Shown: positions 32,722 to 43,954, counted from the first letter of the stretch. The stretch is 64,000 nt of DNA from Actinomycetota bacterium (GCA_034189785.1 JAXHUG010000025.1:4447-68446); one strand, 5' to 3'. Numbers and translations: made by a program. The notes: generated from the sequence alone by a model not told the origin.

Positions 32722-33276
32722 TCAGACAACTGCGACGCCGGCGCCGCGCAGCGCCCGGACCGCGTCGGCGGTTGAGTCCTCGGCAACCCCGGCGGTGAGG
32801 TCGAGCAGGACCCGGGTGGTGAAACCGGCCGCCGCCGCATCGGCCGCGGTGGCCCGGACGCAGTAGTCGGTGGCGATTCCGACGATGTCGACCTCGTCGA
32901 CGCCGCGGTCGCGGAGCCAGTCAGCCAGCGGCATACCCGACGCGTCGCTGCCCTCGAACCCGCTGTAGGCCGCGGAGTACTCACCCTTGGTGAACACCGC
33001 CTCGACCGGGGACGGGTCCAGGTCGGGGTGGAACTCCGCGCCGTCGGTGCCGACGACGCAGTGGCGGGGCCAGGACACCCGGTAGTCCGGCGTATCGGAG
33101 AAGTGTTCGCCGGGGGCGATGTGGAAATCCTTGGTCGCCACGATGTGGTCGTAGCGATCGGTGCCGTTCGCGAGGACGTCGCTGATCCGCCGGGCGACGG
33201 CGGCTCCGCCGGTCACGGCCAGCGAGCCGCCTTCGCAGAAGTCGTTCTGGACGTCGACGACGATGAGCGCGCGCAT
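32722..33276 (-). CDS. pncA: Nicotinamidase/pyrazinamidase
   Basis: ALIVVDVQNDFCEGGSLAV, DFHIAPGEHF, WPRHCV, KG..AYSGFEG, GIATDYCV. Confidence 0.94.
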   Translation of the reverse strand: MRALIVVDVQNDFCEGGSLAVTGGAAVARRISDVLANGTDRYDHIVATKDFHIAPGEHFSDTPDYRVSWPRHCVVGTDGAEFHPDLDPSPVEAVFTKGEYSAAYSGFEGSDASGMPLADWLRDRGVDEVDIVGIATDYCVRATAADAAAAGFTTRVLLDLTAGVAEDSTADAVRALRGAGVAVV

Positions 33277-33280
33277 GAGA

Positions 33281-33588
33281 TCACGGTAGCGCCGAGCGGC
33301 GCATCACACACCCGGCAAAGGTGCGCAGCTGCACGCCGGAATCGGCGGCGGCCATCTCGTGGGTGGACTCGTCGAGTCGGCTGAAGGTCCGCCGGATGTC
33401 GTCGGGCGTCGCCGCGATCCCAGCGGCCGTCCGCGATGTGATGGCGGAACCATCGCGACATGCGGGGCGACCCACGCGGTCGTGTGCGGCCACGACGCCC
33501 GCCACCGGACGTCAAGGCGTCCGTCGGCTCCTTGATGATGGGATCCGGCACCCGGGTGTCGGAGTCAGCGTGCCCGCGCTGTGCCGGG
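33281..33588 (-). pseudogene. Possible remnant of a Zn-dependent (formaldehyde-type) alcohol dehydrogenase
   Basis: Only VPDPIIKEPTDA (33516-33551) is recognisable, matching the N-terminus of this family. The rest cannot be assigned. Confidence 0.35.
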
Positions 33589-34395
33589 TCAAACGCCGTG
33601 TTCGCTCCACTGGGTGACCGGCCGCTCGGCCCGCACGCCGTCGACGATGACGTCGACGAGTTCATCGAAGAAGCAGATGTGGTCGCGCACGGGCTCGCCG
33701 TCGTGCAGCGGATCGCGGTAGGTCCACGCGATGTCGCGGGGTCCGTCGGGCAGGGCGTAGTACGAGGCGCGGCCCTTGTATGCGCAGTAGGACACCGTGT
33801 TGCTCGGCGCCAATTCTGTGACATCATCGGGCGGTAGGTAGCAGCGCATCGGCAGATTCGTTTCGAACAGCAGCAGCGGCCGCGACGACTCCGCCAGCAG
33901 CCGGCCCTTGTACTCGACGCGCACGTGGCGCGCGCTGCGGAGCACGTCGATGCGGTGGAACGGGTCGCGGGGATGGCTGACCACCGGATCGGATTCCTCG
34001 TGCCAGTGGAATGCCGCGAAGTCCAGCACCACGTAGTCGGCGAGGTCGGCGTCGTCCGGACGGAACGCGGCAGCCGGGCCGGTCTCCTCCCCGGCGACCA
34101 CGTCGTACTCGGTGCCCTCGCACGAGTGGCTGGTGAACGGCAGGGTCGGGTCGAGTGCGCTCCGGGTGGCCTCCTCGGCACCCGATACGGCGCCGGCCGG
34201 AACCAGATGGGCGCTCAGCGCGTCGAGTGGTACGGCGTAGGTCGGCACCATCCGGCGCGGCTCCCACACCAGCCGGGCCCGGTCGGTCTCGGCGACCGGT
34301 TCGCCGGCGAGCGTCACGCGGATCCGCTTGGACGTCGGCTCGTAGCGCAGCGTGCCGAATGCGGCGCGCATGATGCCGTTCATCTGCTGGGCCAT
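33589..34395 (-). CDS. Tandem DUF427 domain protein
   Basis: Two repeats: KRIRVTLAGEPVAET..LVWEP..PTYAVP, and RHVRVEYKGRLLAES..LFET..CAYKGRASYY..IAWTY. Confidence 0.85.
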   Translation of the reverse strand: MAQQMNGIMRAAFGTLRYEPTSKRIRVTLAGEPVAETDRARLVWEPRRMVPTYAVPLDALSAHLVPAGAVSGAEEATRSALDPTLPFTSHSCEGTEYDVVAGEETGPAAAFRPDDADLADYVVLDFAAFHWHEESDPVVSHPRDPFHRIDVLRSARHVRVEYKGRLLAESSRPLLLFETNLPMRCYLPPDDVTELAPSNTVSYCAYKGRASYYALPDGPRDIAWTYRDPLHDGEPVRDHICFFDELVDVIVDGVRAERPVTQWSEHGV

Positions 34396-34658
34396 CCCGC
34401 CTCCTCGGTCACTTCCGCGTCGCGGTACCACTCCTCGGACCGGGCCGGACCGGACCGCAACCCCAGAACAGCTCCTCCATGAACATCGGCAGCGAACATC
34501 GGCAGAGAGAGCCCGGTCGGATACCCGATCAGGTCGCGGTGGAACAGCGGGCTGTGGAACCCGCATCGGGCCACCGGATGGATGCACTGCTCGGCGAACT
34601 CGTGCGTGTGTCGAGCGGGATCGTGCTGCGCCTCGGTGGGCGTGAGGTCGAAGGTCAT
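34380..34658 (-). pseudogene. Acyl-CoA dehydrogenase collapsed to about 280 bp
   Basis: N-terminal MTFDLTPTEAQHD..THEFAE..IHPVA and GFHSPLFHRDLIGYPTGLSLPMF joined to the C-terminal motif EEWYRDA. Confidence 0.7.
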
Positions 34659-34901
34659 CGAGCGATCGGATAGCCCGTGGCAGGCGGCGTAAAACCCCCC
34701 GGCGATGATGGTGGCGAACCCGAGCCTGTTCGTGTCCGTGCTTCTTTCTGTCCCTCAGGTGTGTGCGGGCCGTGGCCCCTGGTGTGGATTCGTCGCGGTT
34801 CGTACCTTCTTTTCGACCGTTCCGGAGGTTCCCCGTTCCGATCTGAATGTGTGAACCCGCTGGTCAGCCGTTTGATTCCGGTGGCGGTAGTTGCTTGACG
34901 G

Positions 34902-35256
34902 TTGGCAGGATCTTGCGGTTGGACCGATAACGCAGCTTCGTCCTGTGGACAGTTCGGGATCGGTTACAACGGGCAGCCCGTACCGCCCGCGTTCCGGCGG
35001 GTGGACCTTCCGGTCGCCGTGCTCGTCGATCTCGCGGTGCTGTTTCCGCGCGAACCGCACCGGCACGGCGGCTACACCCCGGCCGGGCTGCAGATGCACG
35101 CCGTCGTCGAGGTCCGCCTGACGGGCTGGGGAATTGTGTGAACAGGGCTACTGGTGGGGCCTGGTCACCTACGGCATCGCCTACGGCGCGCGGCGGAAAT
35201 CGGTCACCCACTGGGTGCCCGCTTGGGTGCTCAAGCGGCGGACCGACCCTCGCTGA
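34902..35256 (+). pseudogene. Hypothetical gene interrupted by a +1 frameshift
   Basis: GQFGIGYNGQPVPPAFRRVDLP...MHAVVEVRLTGWGI continues as CEQGYWWGLVTYGIAYG...THWVPAWVLKRR* if one extra G near 35136 is removed. Both parts have coding-like GC3. Confidence 0.55.
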
Positions 35257-35385
35257 CCGCCTCGGCGATGCCTCCACGGCGTCCATCGCATCCAGGGGGA
35301 GTCCGCTGAAGAAGACAGGTCGTCCCCGGCTGTGATAGTCAGGCACGAGCGGACGCGTTGCGCCCCCCAGCACGTCAAACTATAG

Positions 35386-35403
35386 TCTGGACACATGTCC
35401 AGA
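35386..35403. promoter_or_regulatory. Palindromic operator at the manT promoter
   Basis: TCTGGACA-CA-TGTCCAGA, perfect 8-bp arms, abutting a TATAGT -10 element (35381-35386). Confidence 0.72.
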
Positions 35404-35479
35404 AGGTTTGGAGTCTCTGCGTGACGCGATTCGATCAGTTCAGCGCGGCCCGGCCCGCCGTTCTCGGATTCATCTGAGC

Positions 35480-36706
35480 ATGCGTATCGCGTTGCTGTCG
35501 TACCGCAGCAAGACGCACTGCGGGGGCCAGGGTGTGTACGTCCGTCATCTCAGTCGGGGGCTCGTCGAACTCGGTCACGACGTCGAGGTGTTCTCCGGTC
35601 AGCCGTACCCCGAGGGACTCGATCCGCGGGTGCGCCTGACCAAGGTGCCCAGCCTCGACCTCTACCGCGAGCCCGATCCGTTCCGGGTGCCGCGGCCCAG
35701 CGAGATCCGCGACCGGATCGACCTGCAGGAGCTGTTGACGACGTGGACCGCCGGATTCCCCGAACCCAAGACCTTCACCATGCGGGTGGCGCGGATCCTG
35801 GCCGGACGCCGGGGTGACTTCGACGTCGTCCACGACAACCAGAGCCTCGGCACCGGTCTGTTGAAGATCGCCGCGACGGGGTTGCCCGTGGTGGCCACGG
35901 TCCACCACCCGATTACCCGGGACAAGGTGCTCGACGTGGCGGCCGCCCGCTGGTGGCGTATGCCGCTGGTACGCCGCTGGTACGGCTTCGCCGAGATGCA
36001 GAAGCAGGTCGCCCGCCAGATCCCGGAACTGCTCACCGTCTCGGCGTCGTCGGCCACCGACATCGCCGATGACTTCGGCGTCTCGTCCGAACAGTTGCAC
36101 GTCGTACCGCTCGGGGTGGACACCGCGATGTTCCGCCCCGTCGAGAACCGGGTGAGCGGCCGCGTCATCGCGATCGCGAGCGCTGACGTGCCGCTCAAGG
36201 GCATCAGCCACCTGTTGCACGCCGTCGCCCGGCTGCGGATCGAGCGCAACCTCGACGTCCAGTTGGTCTCCAAGCTCGAACCGAACGGGCCGACCGAGAA
36301 GCTGATCGCCGAGCTCGGCATCTCCGACATCGTGCACAGCTCCAGCGGGCTGTCCGACGAGGAGCTCGCCGCGCTGCTGGCGTCCACCGAGGTCGCCTGT
36401 ATCCCGTCGCTCTACGAAGGGTTCTCGCTGCCCGCGGTGGAGGCGATGGCCAGCGGTACGCCGATCGTGGCCAGCCGGGCCGGCGCGTTGCCCGAGGTGG
36501 TGGGTGCCGACGGCGAATGCGCCCGCCTGGTGCGGCCCGGCGACGTCGACGAGATCACCCGGGCGCTCGGCGAGCTGCTCGACTCGCCGGCGCAGCGGCA
36601 GCGGCTCGGGGCCGCGGGCCGACGCCGTGCGCTCGAGGTGTTCAGCTGGGAATCGGTTGCCGCGCAGACCGTCTCGGTATACGAGCGGGCGATGGCGATA
36701 TGCTGA
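35480..36706 (+). CDS. manT: GT4 alpha-(1,4)-mannosyltransferase of MMP biosynthesis
   Basis: MRIALLSYRSKTHCGGQGVYVRHLS and GT4 motif PSLYEGFSLPAVEAMASG. Closely resembles M. hassiacum ManT as recalled and shares its cluster context. Confidence 0.88.
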   Translation: MRIALLSYRSKTHCGGQGVYVRHLSRGLVELGHDVEVFSGQPYPEGLDPRVRLTKVPSLDLYREPDPFRVPRPSEIRDRIDLQELLTTWTAGFPEPKTFTMRVARILAGRRGDFDVVHDNQSLGTGLLKIAATGLPVVATVHHPITRDKVLDVAAARWWRMPLVRRWYGFAEMQKQVARQIPELLTVSASSATDIADDFGVSSEQLHVVPLGVDTAMFRPVENRVSGRVIAIASADVPLKGISHLLHAVARLRIERNLDVQLVSKLEPNGPTEKLIAELGISDIVHSSSGLSDEELAALLASTEVACIPSLYEGFSLPAVEAMASGTPIVASRAGALPEVVGADGECARLVRPGDVDEITRALGELLDSPAQRQRLGAAGRRRALEVFSWESVAAQTVSVYERAMAIC

Positions 36707-37431
36707 CCGTCGACTTGGAACGGCTGGGAATCGGGCCGGGCTCCACCGTGATCGACGTCGGCTGCGGCGCAGGCCGACACACCTTCGCGGCGTACCGGCG
36801 TGGTGCCGACGTCATCGGCTTCGACCAGAACGCGGAGGACCTCAACAACGTCGACGAGATCCTGCAGGCGATGAAGGCCAAGGGTGAGGTGCCGCCGGCG
36901 GCGAAAGCCGAAGTGGTCAAGGGTGATGCGCTCGACCTGCCCTACGCCGACGGCACCTTCGACTGCGTGATCGCCTCGGAGATCCTCGAACACCTACCGC
37001 AGGACACGGAGGCCATCGCGGAACTGGTGCGGGTGCTCAAACCCGGCGGCAAGCTCGCGATCACCGTGCCCCGGTGGCTGCCGGAGCGGATCTGCTGGCT
37101 GCTGTCCGACGGGTACCACGCCAACGAGGGCGGCCACCTCCGCATCTACAAGGCCGACGAACTGCGTGACAAGGTGCTTGCGCACGGGTTGATGGTCACC
37201 CACAGCCACCACGCCCACGCCCTGCACTCGCCGTTCTGGTGGCTCAAATGCGCTGTCGGCACGTCGAACAACGATCATCCCGCCGTCGCGGCGTACCACA
37301 AGCTGCTGGTGTGGGATATGACCGCCGCCCCGTGGCTGACCCGTCGTGGTGAGAAGCTGCTCGACCCGTTGATCGGTAAGAGTGTCGCGCTGTACTTCGA
37401 GAAGCCGACGGTTGCCGATGCTCGCCGCTGA
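36700..37431 (+). CDS. meT3: Class I SAM methyltransferase, MMP 3-O-methyltransferase
   Basis: VIDVGCGAGRH SAM motif, DALDLPY..FDCVIASEILEH; lies between manT and mmpH. Confidence 0.8.
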   Translation: MLTVDLERLGIGPGSTVIDVGCGAGRHTFAAYRRGADVIGFDQNAEDLNNVDEILQAMKAKGEVPPAAKAEVVKGDALDLPYADGTFDCVIASEILEHLPQDTEAIAELVRVLKPGGKLAITVPRWLPERICWLLSDGYHANEGGHLRIYKADELRDKVLAHGLMVTHSHHAHALHSPFWWLKCAVGTSNNDHPAVAAYHKLLVWDMTAAPWLTRRGEKLLDPLIGKSVALYFEKPTVADARR

Positions 37432-38488
37432 CCTGCCCGGGATACCCGGTGTCCTCACGCCGGATCAGTGCCGGCAGACGGCCGAATCGATTGCCGCCGA
37501 GCAGGAGTCGTCGGGCGCGATCCCGTGGTTCACCGGTGGGCACACCGACCCGTGGGACCACGTCGAGTCGGCGATGGCGCTGACCGTCGCCGATCTGCTC
37601 GAACCGGCGCGCGCGGCGTACGAGTGGTGCCGGATCACCCAGCGTCCCGACGGGTCCTGGCCGATCCAGTTCCGCACCGGTGTGATCGAGGATGCCAACA
37701 GCGACAGCAACTTCTGCGCCTACATCGCCACCGGTGTGTGGCACCACCTGTTGATCACCGGGGACCGCTCCTTCGCGGAGACGATGTGGCCGGTGGTCGC
37801 CAAGGCGATCGACTTCGTGCTGGGCATGCAACGGGCCAACGGCGAGATTTACTGGGCGCAAAGCGAAGACGGCCCGATTCCGGAGGCGCTGCTGACCGGG
37901 TGCGCCAGCATCCACCACAGCATCCGGTGCGCGCTCGCGCTCGCGGACTACATCGATGAGCCGCAGCCCGAATGGGAGGTGGCCGTCGGGCGGCTGGGGC
38001 ATGCGATCGTCGCGCATCCCGGATCGTTCGTGCCGAAGGACCGGCACGCGATGGAGTGGTACTACCCGGTGCTGTGCGGTGCGATTCGGGGCCCGGCCGC
38101 CCACACCCGCATCCACGAGCGCTGGGACGACTTCGTGGTCCCGGGGCTGGGCATCCGGTGCGTGGACGACCGCCCCTGGGTCACCGGCGCGGAGACCTGC
38201 GAGCTGGTGATGGCGCTCGATGCGATCGGCGATTCGGCACATGCGCATCAGCAGTTCGCCGCCATGCACCATCTGCGTGAGTGCGACGGATCCTATTGGA
38301 CTGGACTGGTTTTCGCCGACGGGAAGCGTTGGCCCGAGGAGCGCACCACGTGGACCGGCGCCGCCGTCATCCTGGCCGCGGACGCCCTGACGGGCACCAC
38401 GCCGGCCAGCGGGATCTTCCGCGGCGCGGACCTGCCGCGCGGCCTCGAGGATGACTTCGACTGCGCCTGTGCCGTCAGCGAGCGCTAG
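37418..38488 (+). CDS. mmpH: MMP hydrolase (alpha/alpha barrel, often annotated prenyltransferase-like)
   Basis: GGHTDPWDHVE, DANSDSNFCAY, MEWYYPVL, DDRPWVTGAETCEL, ERTTWTGAA resemble MmpH as recalled. Confidence 0.83.
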   Translation: MLAADLPGIPGVLTPDQCRQTAESIAAEQESSGAIPWFTGGHTDPWDHVESAMALTVADLLEPARAAYEWCRITQRPDGSWPIQFRTGVIEDANSDSNFCAYIATGVWHHLLITGDRSFAETMWPVVAKAIDFVLGMQRANGEIYWAQSEDGPIPEALLTGCASIHHSIRCALALADYIDEPQPEWEVAVGRLGHAIVAHPGSFVPKDRHAMEWYYPVLCGAIRGPAAHTRIHERWDDFVVPGLGIRCVDDRPWVTGAETCELVMALDAIGDSAHAHQQFAAMHHLRECDGSYWTGLVFADGKRWPEERTTWTGAAVILAADALTGTTPASGIFRGADLPRGLEDDFDCACAVSER

Positions 38489-38502
38489 CCGCGTCTTCGG
38501 CG

Positions 38503-38826
38503 TCAGGACAGGGCGGCGATCAATTCGCCTACGGTGTGCGACGATTCGAGCGCATGCCGGAGCTGGCCCTTCGTGTTGACGGTGTAGCTGTTGCGACGGC
38601 CCACCTTCGACTTTTTCAGATAGCCGTCGGCGATCAGGTCGGCCACGATCGTCTGCACCGAGCGCTCGGTGATCCCGATGCGCAGACTGAGTTCCCGGGC
38701 CGTCAGCGACTCACCGTGGGCCAGACACAGCAGGACATGCGCGTGGTTGGTCAGGAACGTCCATCCGCGGCCGGTGCCGTCGGCTTGCGGTACCGCCGTG
38801 TTCGCCGCCCGCTTGGGAGTCGCCAT
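38503..38826 (-). CDS. Small winged-helix (MarR/AsnC-like) regulator
   Basis: GWTFLTNHAHVLLCLA..TARELSLRIGITERSVQTIVADL..GYL...VGRRNSY..LRHALE. Confidence 0.8.
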   Translation of the reverse strand: MATPKRAANTAVPQADGTGRGWTFLTNHAHVLLCLAHGESLTARELSLRIGITERSVQTIVADLIADGYLKKSKVGRRNSYTVNTKGQLRHALESSHTVGELIAALS

Positions 38827-38852
38827 GAGCAACGATGATAGTAGGCGGTTTC

Positions 38853-39126
38853 ACTAATCGGCGCCAACAGCAGCGTCGCCACCCGCCTGCCGTTGACGTG
38901 GATGAACAGCCGCCCGCCGTGGTGGTGGGGATCAGGAAGGCGCCGAACAGGCAGGCCGTCCAGAAGAACGTCTCGAGCATCTCGGCGCCGACGAAGATGG
39001 AAGACCAGGCGGAACAGCAGCGCGCCGACGACTCCGAGGAACAGCACCCGGTGCTGGTAGCGGTCGGGAATGGCGACATAGGTGAAGATCAGCGCGAATA
39101 CGAAGAACGTTGTCCACCGACAGCGC
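38853..39126 (-). pseudogene. terC: TerC/Alx family membrane protein remnant
   Basis: Across frameshifts: LSVDNVFVFALIFTY..IPDRYQHRVLFLGVVGALLFRLVFIFVG..FGAFLI, then HGGRLF..VNGRRVAT. Both ends are deleted. Confidence 0.75.
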
Positions 39127-39128
39127 CC

Positions 39129-40425
<1,297 letters not shown>

Positions 40426-40487
40426 CCGCCGAGCAGCGCGGTCGACGCCGAAGGCGGCGGCAGGTCGCCCTGCGCCGCCGGCCCTGA

Positions 40488-41003
40488 TCAGCCTTTCGCG
40501 TCGGCCCGCTTCGGCAGCTTCCAGTCCGGGCGTGGGAAGTGGCAGGTGTACCCCCACGGCATCCGCTCCAGGTAGTCCTGATGTTCGGGCTCGGCCTCCC
40601 AGAACTCTCCGGCCGGAGTCACCTCGGTGACCACCTTGCCCGGCCACAGCCCGGACGCGTCCACGTCGGCGACGGTGTCGAGTGCGATGCGCTTCTGCTC
40701 GTCGTCGACGTAGAAGATGGCCGACCGGTAGCTGGTGCCGATGTCGTTGCCCTGACGGTTCTTCGTCGTCGGATCGTGGATCTGGAAGAAGAACTCGAGC
40801 AGCGCCCGGTAGTCGGTCTGCGCCGGGTCGTAGGTGATCTCGATCGACTCGGCGTGGCCCGGATGACTCCGGTAGGTGGGGTGGTCGTTCTGCCCGCCGG
40901 TGTAGCCGACTCGGGTCGACACCACACCCGGTTGCTTGCGGATCAGATCCTGCATACCCCAGAAGCAGCCGCCCGCCAGGATGGCCTTCTTGTAGTCGCT
41001 CAT
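40488..41003 (-). CDS. msrA: Peptide methionine (S)-sulfoxide reductase
   Basis: [31 protein letters not shown]. Confidence 0.96.
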   Translation of the reverse strand: MSDYKKAILAGGCFWGMQDLIRKQPGVVSTRVGYTGGQNDHPTYRSHPGHAESIEITYDPAQTDYRALLEFFFQIHDPTTKNRQGNDIGTSYRSAIFYVDDEQKRIALDTVADVDASGLWPGKVVTEVTPAGEFWEAEPEHQDYLERMPWGYTCHFPRPDWKLPKRADAKG

Positions 41004-41134
41004 CGGATGTCCTCCTTGGTGGTGTCGAACAGAGTCTTGTACAGCCCATATCCTTCCGCTTCCGCTCTCGAACTTGTCGACCGAGGCGAACAGCGGTTCA
41101 CCGCGGCGGGACTCCTGTTGTAGCCCTGTGCCAC
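41000..41134 (-). pseudogene. msrB: msrB collapsed to 135 bp by two internal deletions
   Basis: RBS GAGGAGG and GTG give [11 protein letters not shown]. An alternate frame reads [16 protein letters not shown] (MsrB motif). The end reads [20 protein letters not shown], with the stop overlapping the msrA ATG. Confidence 0.8.
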
Positions 41135-41420
41135 ATGACCTCCTCGTGTGCGCCCTCTACAACCGTAGGCCGCATCGGGATCATCCCTGTTCGGCACGTG
41201 TACACCCTCGACAAATACGGATACAACGTGTTTCAGTTCTCAGATGACGCATGGGCGCTGCCAACTTCACGCGCCGGGTGGGAACCCGCTGCGTTGGCTC
41301 GGCCGGCTCGCCGACCTGATCACCGGCCGTCCCTAAGCCTGGATCCCTCCTGAACGCAACATTCAAGCGGCCGCGCGCACCCGGCGTCTTTGCGCCGGTC
41401 GGCGAACGCGCGACCCGGTC

Positions 41421-42437
41421 TCACTGTCGGTTGAGCCGCGAGCGCACTGCGTAACGGCGCTCCGCGTACGCGAGATCGTCGCGCCACAGCTTCGTCGCCG
41501 CATGCCGCATGAACGGCGTGATCAACGGCGCGACCTTCTTCCCGTAGCCGAACCGGCGCCGATCCGAATGTGCGACAACGGCTTCGATCACCGCGGTGCG
41601 CGGCCGCCCGTCCGGACCCGGACCGACGGGTGTCGCGTGGGTTTCCACGACACTGCCCGCGCCCTCACCGTCGATGATCCGCATGACGATCGTGCGCGGT
41701 CCGGGCGCGATGAACTCGGCGACCACCGGCACGCCCAGGCGGCCGATGCGGAACGTGACCGCCACGAGGAACCGGTCCTCCGGCTCGGACACCTCGCCGG
41801 TCGCCGGGGCGCTGAGCACTTCGAGGCGGGTGAACGAGTACGGGTGGAACCAGGCGCCGTGCCACGGGTCGAGCCGGTTGGCGATCACATCGTCCGGTTC
41901 GCAGACGCCGACCAGGCTGGTCACCGCGTGCAGCGTGGGTTCCTCCGGGCGCACCGGGATGATCGGGTGCTCCGTCGGCTGTTCCCCGCCGACCCGGTCG
42001 AGACGTACCCAGGTCAGCACACCGTCGTCGAAGGCGGGCAACGGTTTCCACCCGAACTCACGGTGCTCCCCGGACAGCCGCAGGCCGTGCCAGGGGCAGA
42101 TGAGCGCGCCGCGGTCGACGGTGCCGGTGGACAGGTCCGCACCGAGATGCGGACAGCTCGCCGGGCCGACGTGCAGTTCGCCACCGGCGCCCCGCCAAGC
42201 GACGAGTTCGACGCCGGCCACCGAGGCGCCCACCGGTTTGCCCCGGATGGTGTCGCTGGCCGCGAACGGGAACCAATTGCCGCTCGGACGGGACTTCGCG
42301 CGGGCCAGCGCACCGTTGATCAGCGCCGGCTGCGCATCCTGGTAGGTTGGTTTCTGCTCCGCCCAGTCGATATGCGGAAGCACCTGGAACGGTGACAATT
42401 TCGCCCACTTGGCCTTGACGTCCGCGAGCACGTTCAT
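41421..42437 (-). CDS. crtV: Rieske [2Fe-2S] + DUF5914 protein of carotenoid clusters (CrtV-like)
   Basis: CPHLG...CPWHG Rieske ligands; NRLDPWHG; last gene of the crt operon. Confidence 0.72.
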   Translation of the reverse strand: MNVLADVKAKWAKLSPFQVLPHIDWAEQKPTYQDAQPALINGALARAKSRPSGNWFPFAASDTIRGKPVGASVAGVELVAWRGAGGELHVGPASCPHLGADLSTGTVDRGALICPWHGLRLSGEHREFGWKPLPAFDDGVLTWVRLDRVGGEQPTEHPIIPVRPEEPTLHAVTSLVGVCEPDDVIANRLDPWHGAWFHPYSFTRLEVLSAPATGEVSEPEDRFLVAVTFRIGRLGVPVVAEFIAPGPRTIVMRIIDGEGAGSVVETHATPVGPGPDGRPRTAVIEAVVAHSDRRRFGYGKKVAPLITPFMRHAATKLWRDDLAYAERRYAVRSRLNRQ

Positions 42438-43954
42438 GACCGCAGTTGCCTTCCTCGCTCGGCGAGTCGCCGCAGCGTCGGGGATCGGCCGGTGATCGGC
42501 ACCGTGGTGACGGCGTGCCCCGCGACACCGAAGTGCGCGAGCAGGCGGTTGGCGGCCGCCCAGCCCGTCGTCGCCGCGCGCTCCATCAACGCCACCGGAA
42601 GGTCGATGCGGATGCCGTCGCCCGCCAACGCCAGACCGTCGACCGGGGTGCCCACCGTGGGCCGGACGGCGAAGTCGCCGGGCGCGAACCGTGGGCAGTC
42701 GCTGCGCAACAGCAGCCGTTCCCCGACGATGTTCGCCTGCGCCGTCTCGGGGAAGATCGCGTGCAGCCGTGCCAGCAGTCGCCGCGGCACCTCCTCGGAG
42801 GTGTCGGTCACCGCATACGAGTGCAGTTCGACGACCGACCCGTTGGTGCGCCGGGCCCAGTCGGCGGCCTGATGTTCGTAGCGTTCGAGCACGCTGACAT
42901 TGTCCAGCGGCGTCAGCCCCCCGGTGCCCAGGAACGCCGGCCGGTCGGGGGCCACCGGACGGTCCAGCCAGACGCGGTGCACCAGGAACGGCGGTGCGGT
43001 GCCCAGCCCGTCGACCGCCGCCCGCCACGGGTCGTCCCCCAGTTCGGCTGAGCCGGCGACGATTCCGCGCAGACCGGCGACATCGGTAGCCAGCACCACC
43101 CCGTCGGCGGACAAGGTCTGTCCGGAGTCGCAGTGCACGGCGAAACCGGGCTCGACCGCCGTCACCGACACACCGGTGTGGAAGCGGACACCGCGGCCCT
43201 CGAGGTAGCGCCGCAGCGGATTCCACAGCGCCACGTCGAAGTTGTCGTTCGCGACGTCGAACACCAGCCCTTCGCTGGAGCCGAGGAAGTAGATGTGGAA
43301 CATCGTCGCCAGTTCCGCCGCCGACAGGTCCGGCGGCTGGGCGAAGAAGCTGCGGGAGAACACCTCGAACGCCAGATGCCGGGCGGCCTCGGGGAAGTTG
43401 ATGTCGCGCAGGAACTGGTCGGCGTCGACGTGGTCGAGCCGGTCGTAGATGTCGGGCACCGATACCGTCGCCAGCGGTGCGGCCGCCCTGGCGTTGAGCC
43501 GGGCCAGATCCCGCAGCCGGAACGTGGGGCTGCGCAACGCGAACGCCACGGCGTTGAACGGCGGGGTCTGCGGCAGTCCGCGGAACGTGTCGCGGCGGCC
43601 CCGGCCGTCGATCAGCGGATAGTCCGCGACCGGGATGAGCATCGACAGCTGTGGGTCGACGCGGCGCAGCAGGTCGCGCAGGTTGTAGTACTGGCGGAAG
43701 AACGCGTGGAAGCCGCGGTTCATCGCCGCCGCACCGACGCCGTCCACCTCGTCCGCCCAGCCGCCGACCCGGCCGCCCAGGTAGGGCTCACGCTCGACGA
43801 CGTCCACCTCGACGCCGCGTTCGGCCAGTCCGGTCGCGGCGGTCAGCCCGGCGATACCGCCGCCGACCACCACCGCGCGCGGGCGGGCGGTCAGCGAGGT
43901 GGCGTCGGGCAGGCCCGGGGACCCCGGATGGACCACGCGTCGGGGGTCCTTCAC
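42434..43954 (-). CDS. crtU: Isorenieratene synthase (beta-carotene desaturase/methyl-shift)
   Basis: VVVGGGIAGL FAD motif, LGGRVGGW, RGFHAFFRQYYNL, LMERAATTG. Confidence 0.88.
   Translation of the reverse strand: MKDPRRVVHPGSPGLPDATSLTARPRAVVVGGGIAGLTAATGLAERGVEVDVVEREPYLGGRVGGWADEVDGVGAAAMNRGFHAFFRQYYNLRDLLRRVDPQLSMLIPVADYPLIDGRGRRDTFRGLPQTPPFNAVAFALRSPTFRLRDLARLNARAAAPLATVSVPDIYDRLDHVDADQFLRDINFPEAARHLAFEVFSRSFFAQPPDLSAAELATMFHIYFLGSSEGLVFDVANDNFDVALWNPLRRYLEGRGVRFHTGVSVTAVEPGFAVHCDSGQTLSADGVVLATDVAGLRGIVAGSAELGDDPWRAAVDGLGTAPPFLVHRVWLDRPVAPDRPAFLGTGGLTPLDNVSVLERYEHQAADWARRTNGSVVELHSYAVTDTSEEVPRRLLARLHAIFPETAQANIVGERLLLRSDCPRFAPGDFAVRPTVGTPVDGLALAGDGIRIDLPVALMERAATTGWAAANRLLAHFGVAGHAVTTVPITGRSPTLRRLAERGRQLRS

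Noticed and set aside
34780-34900. Possible SOS box or RecA-independent promoter upstream of the frameshifted hypothetical gene
   Set aside because: Best matches have the wrong spacing or too many mismatches.
41087-41099. CGAAC-AGCG-GTTC, SOS-box-like core
   Set aside because: It lies inside the msrB remnant coding for GEPLF, so it is most likely coincidental.
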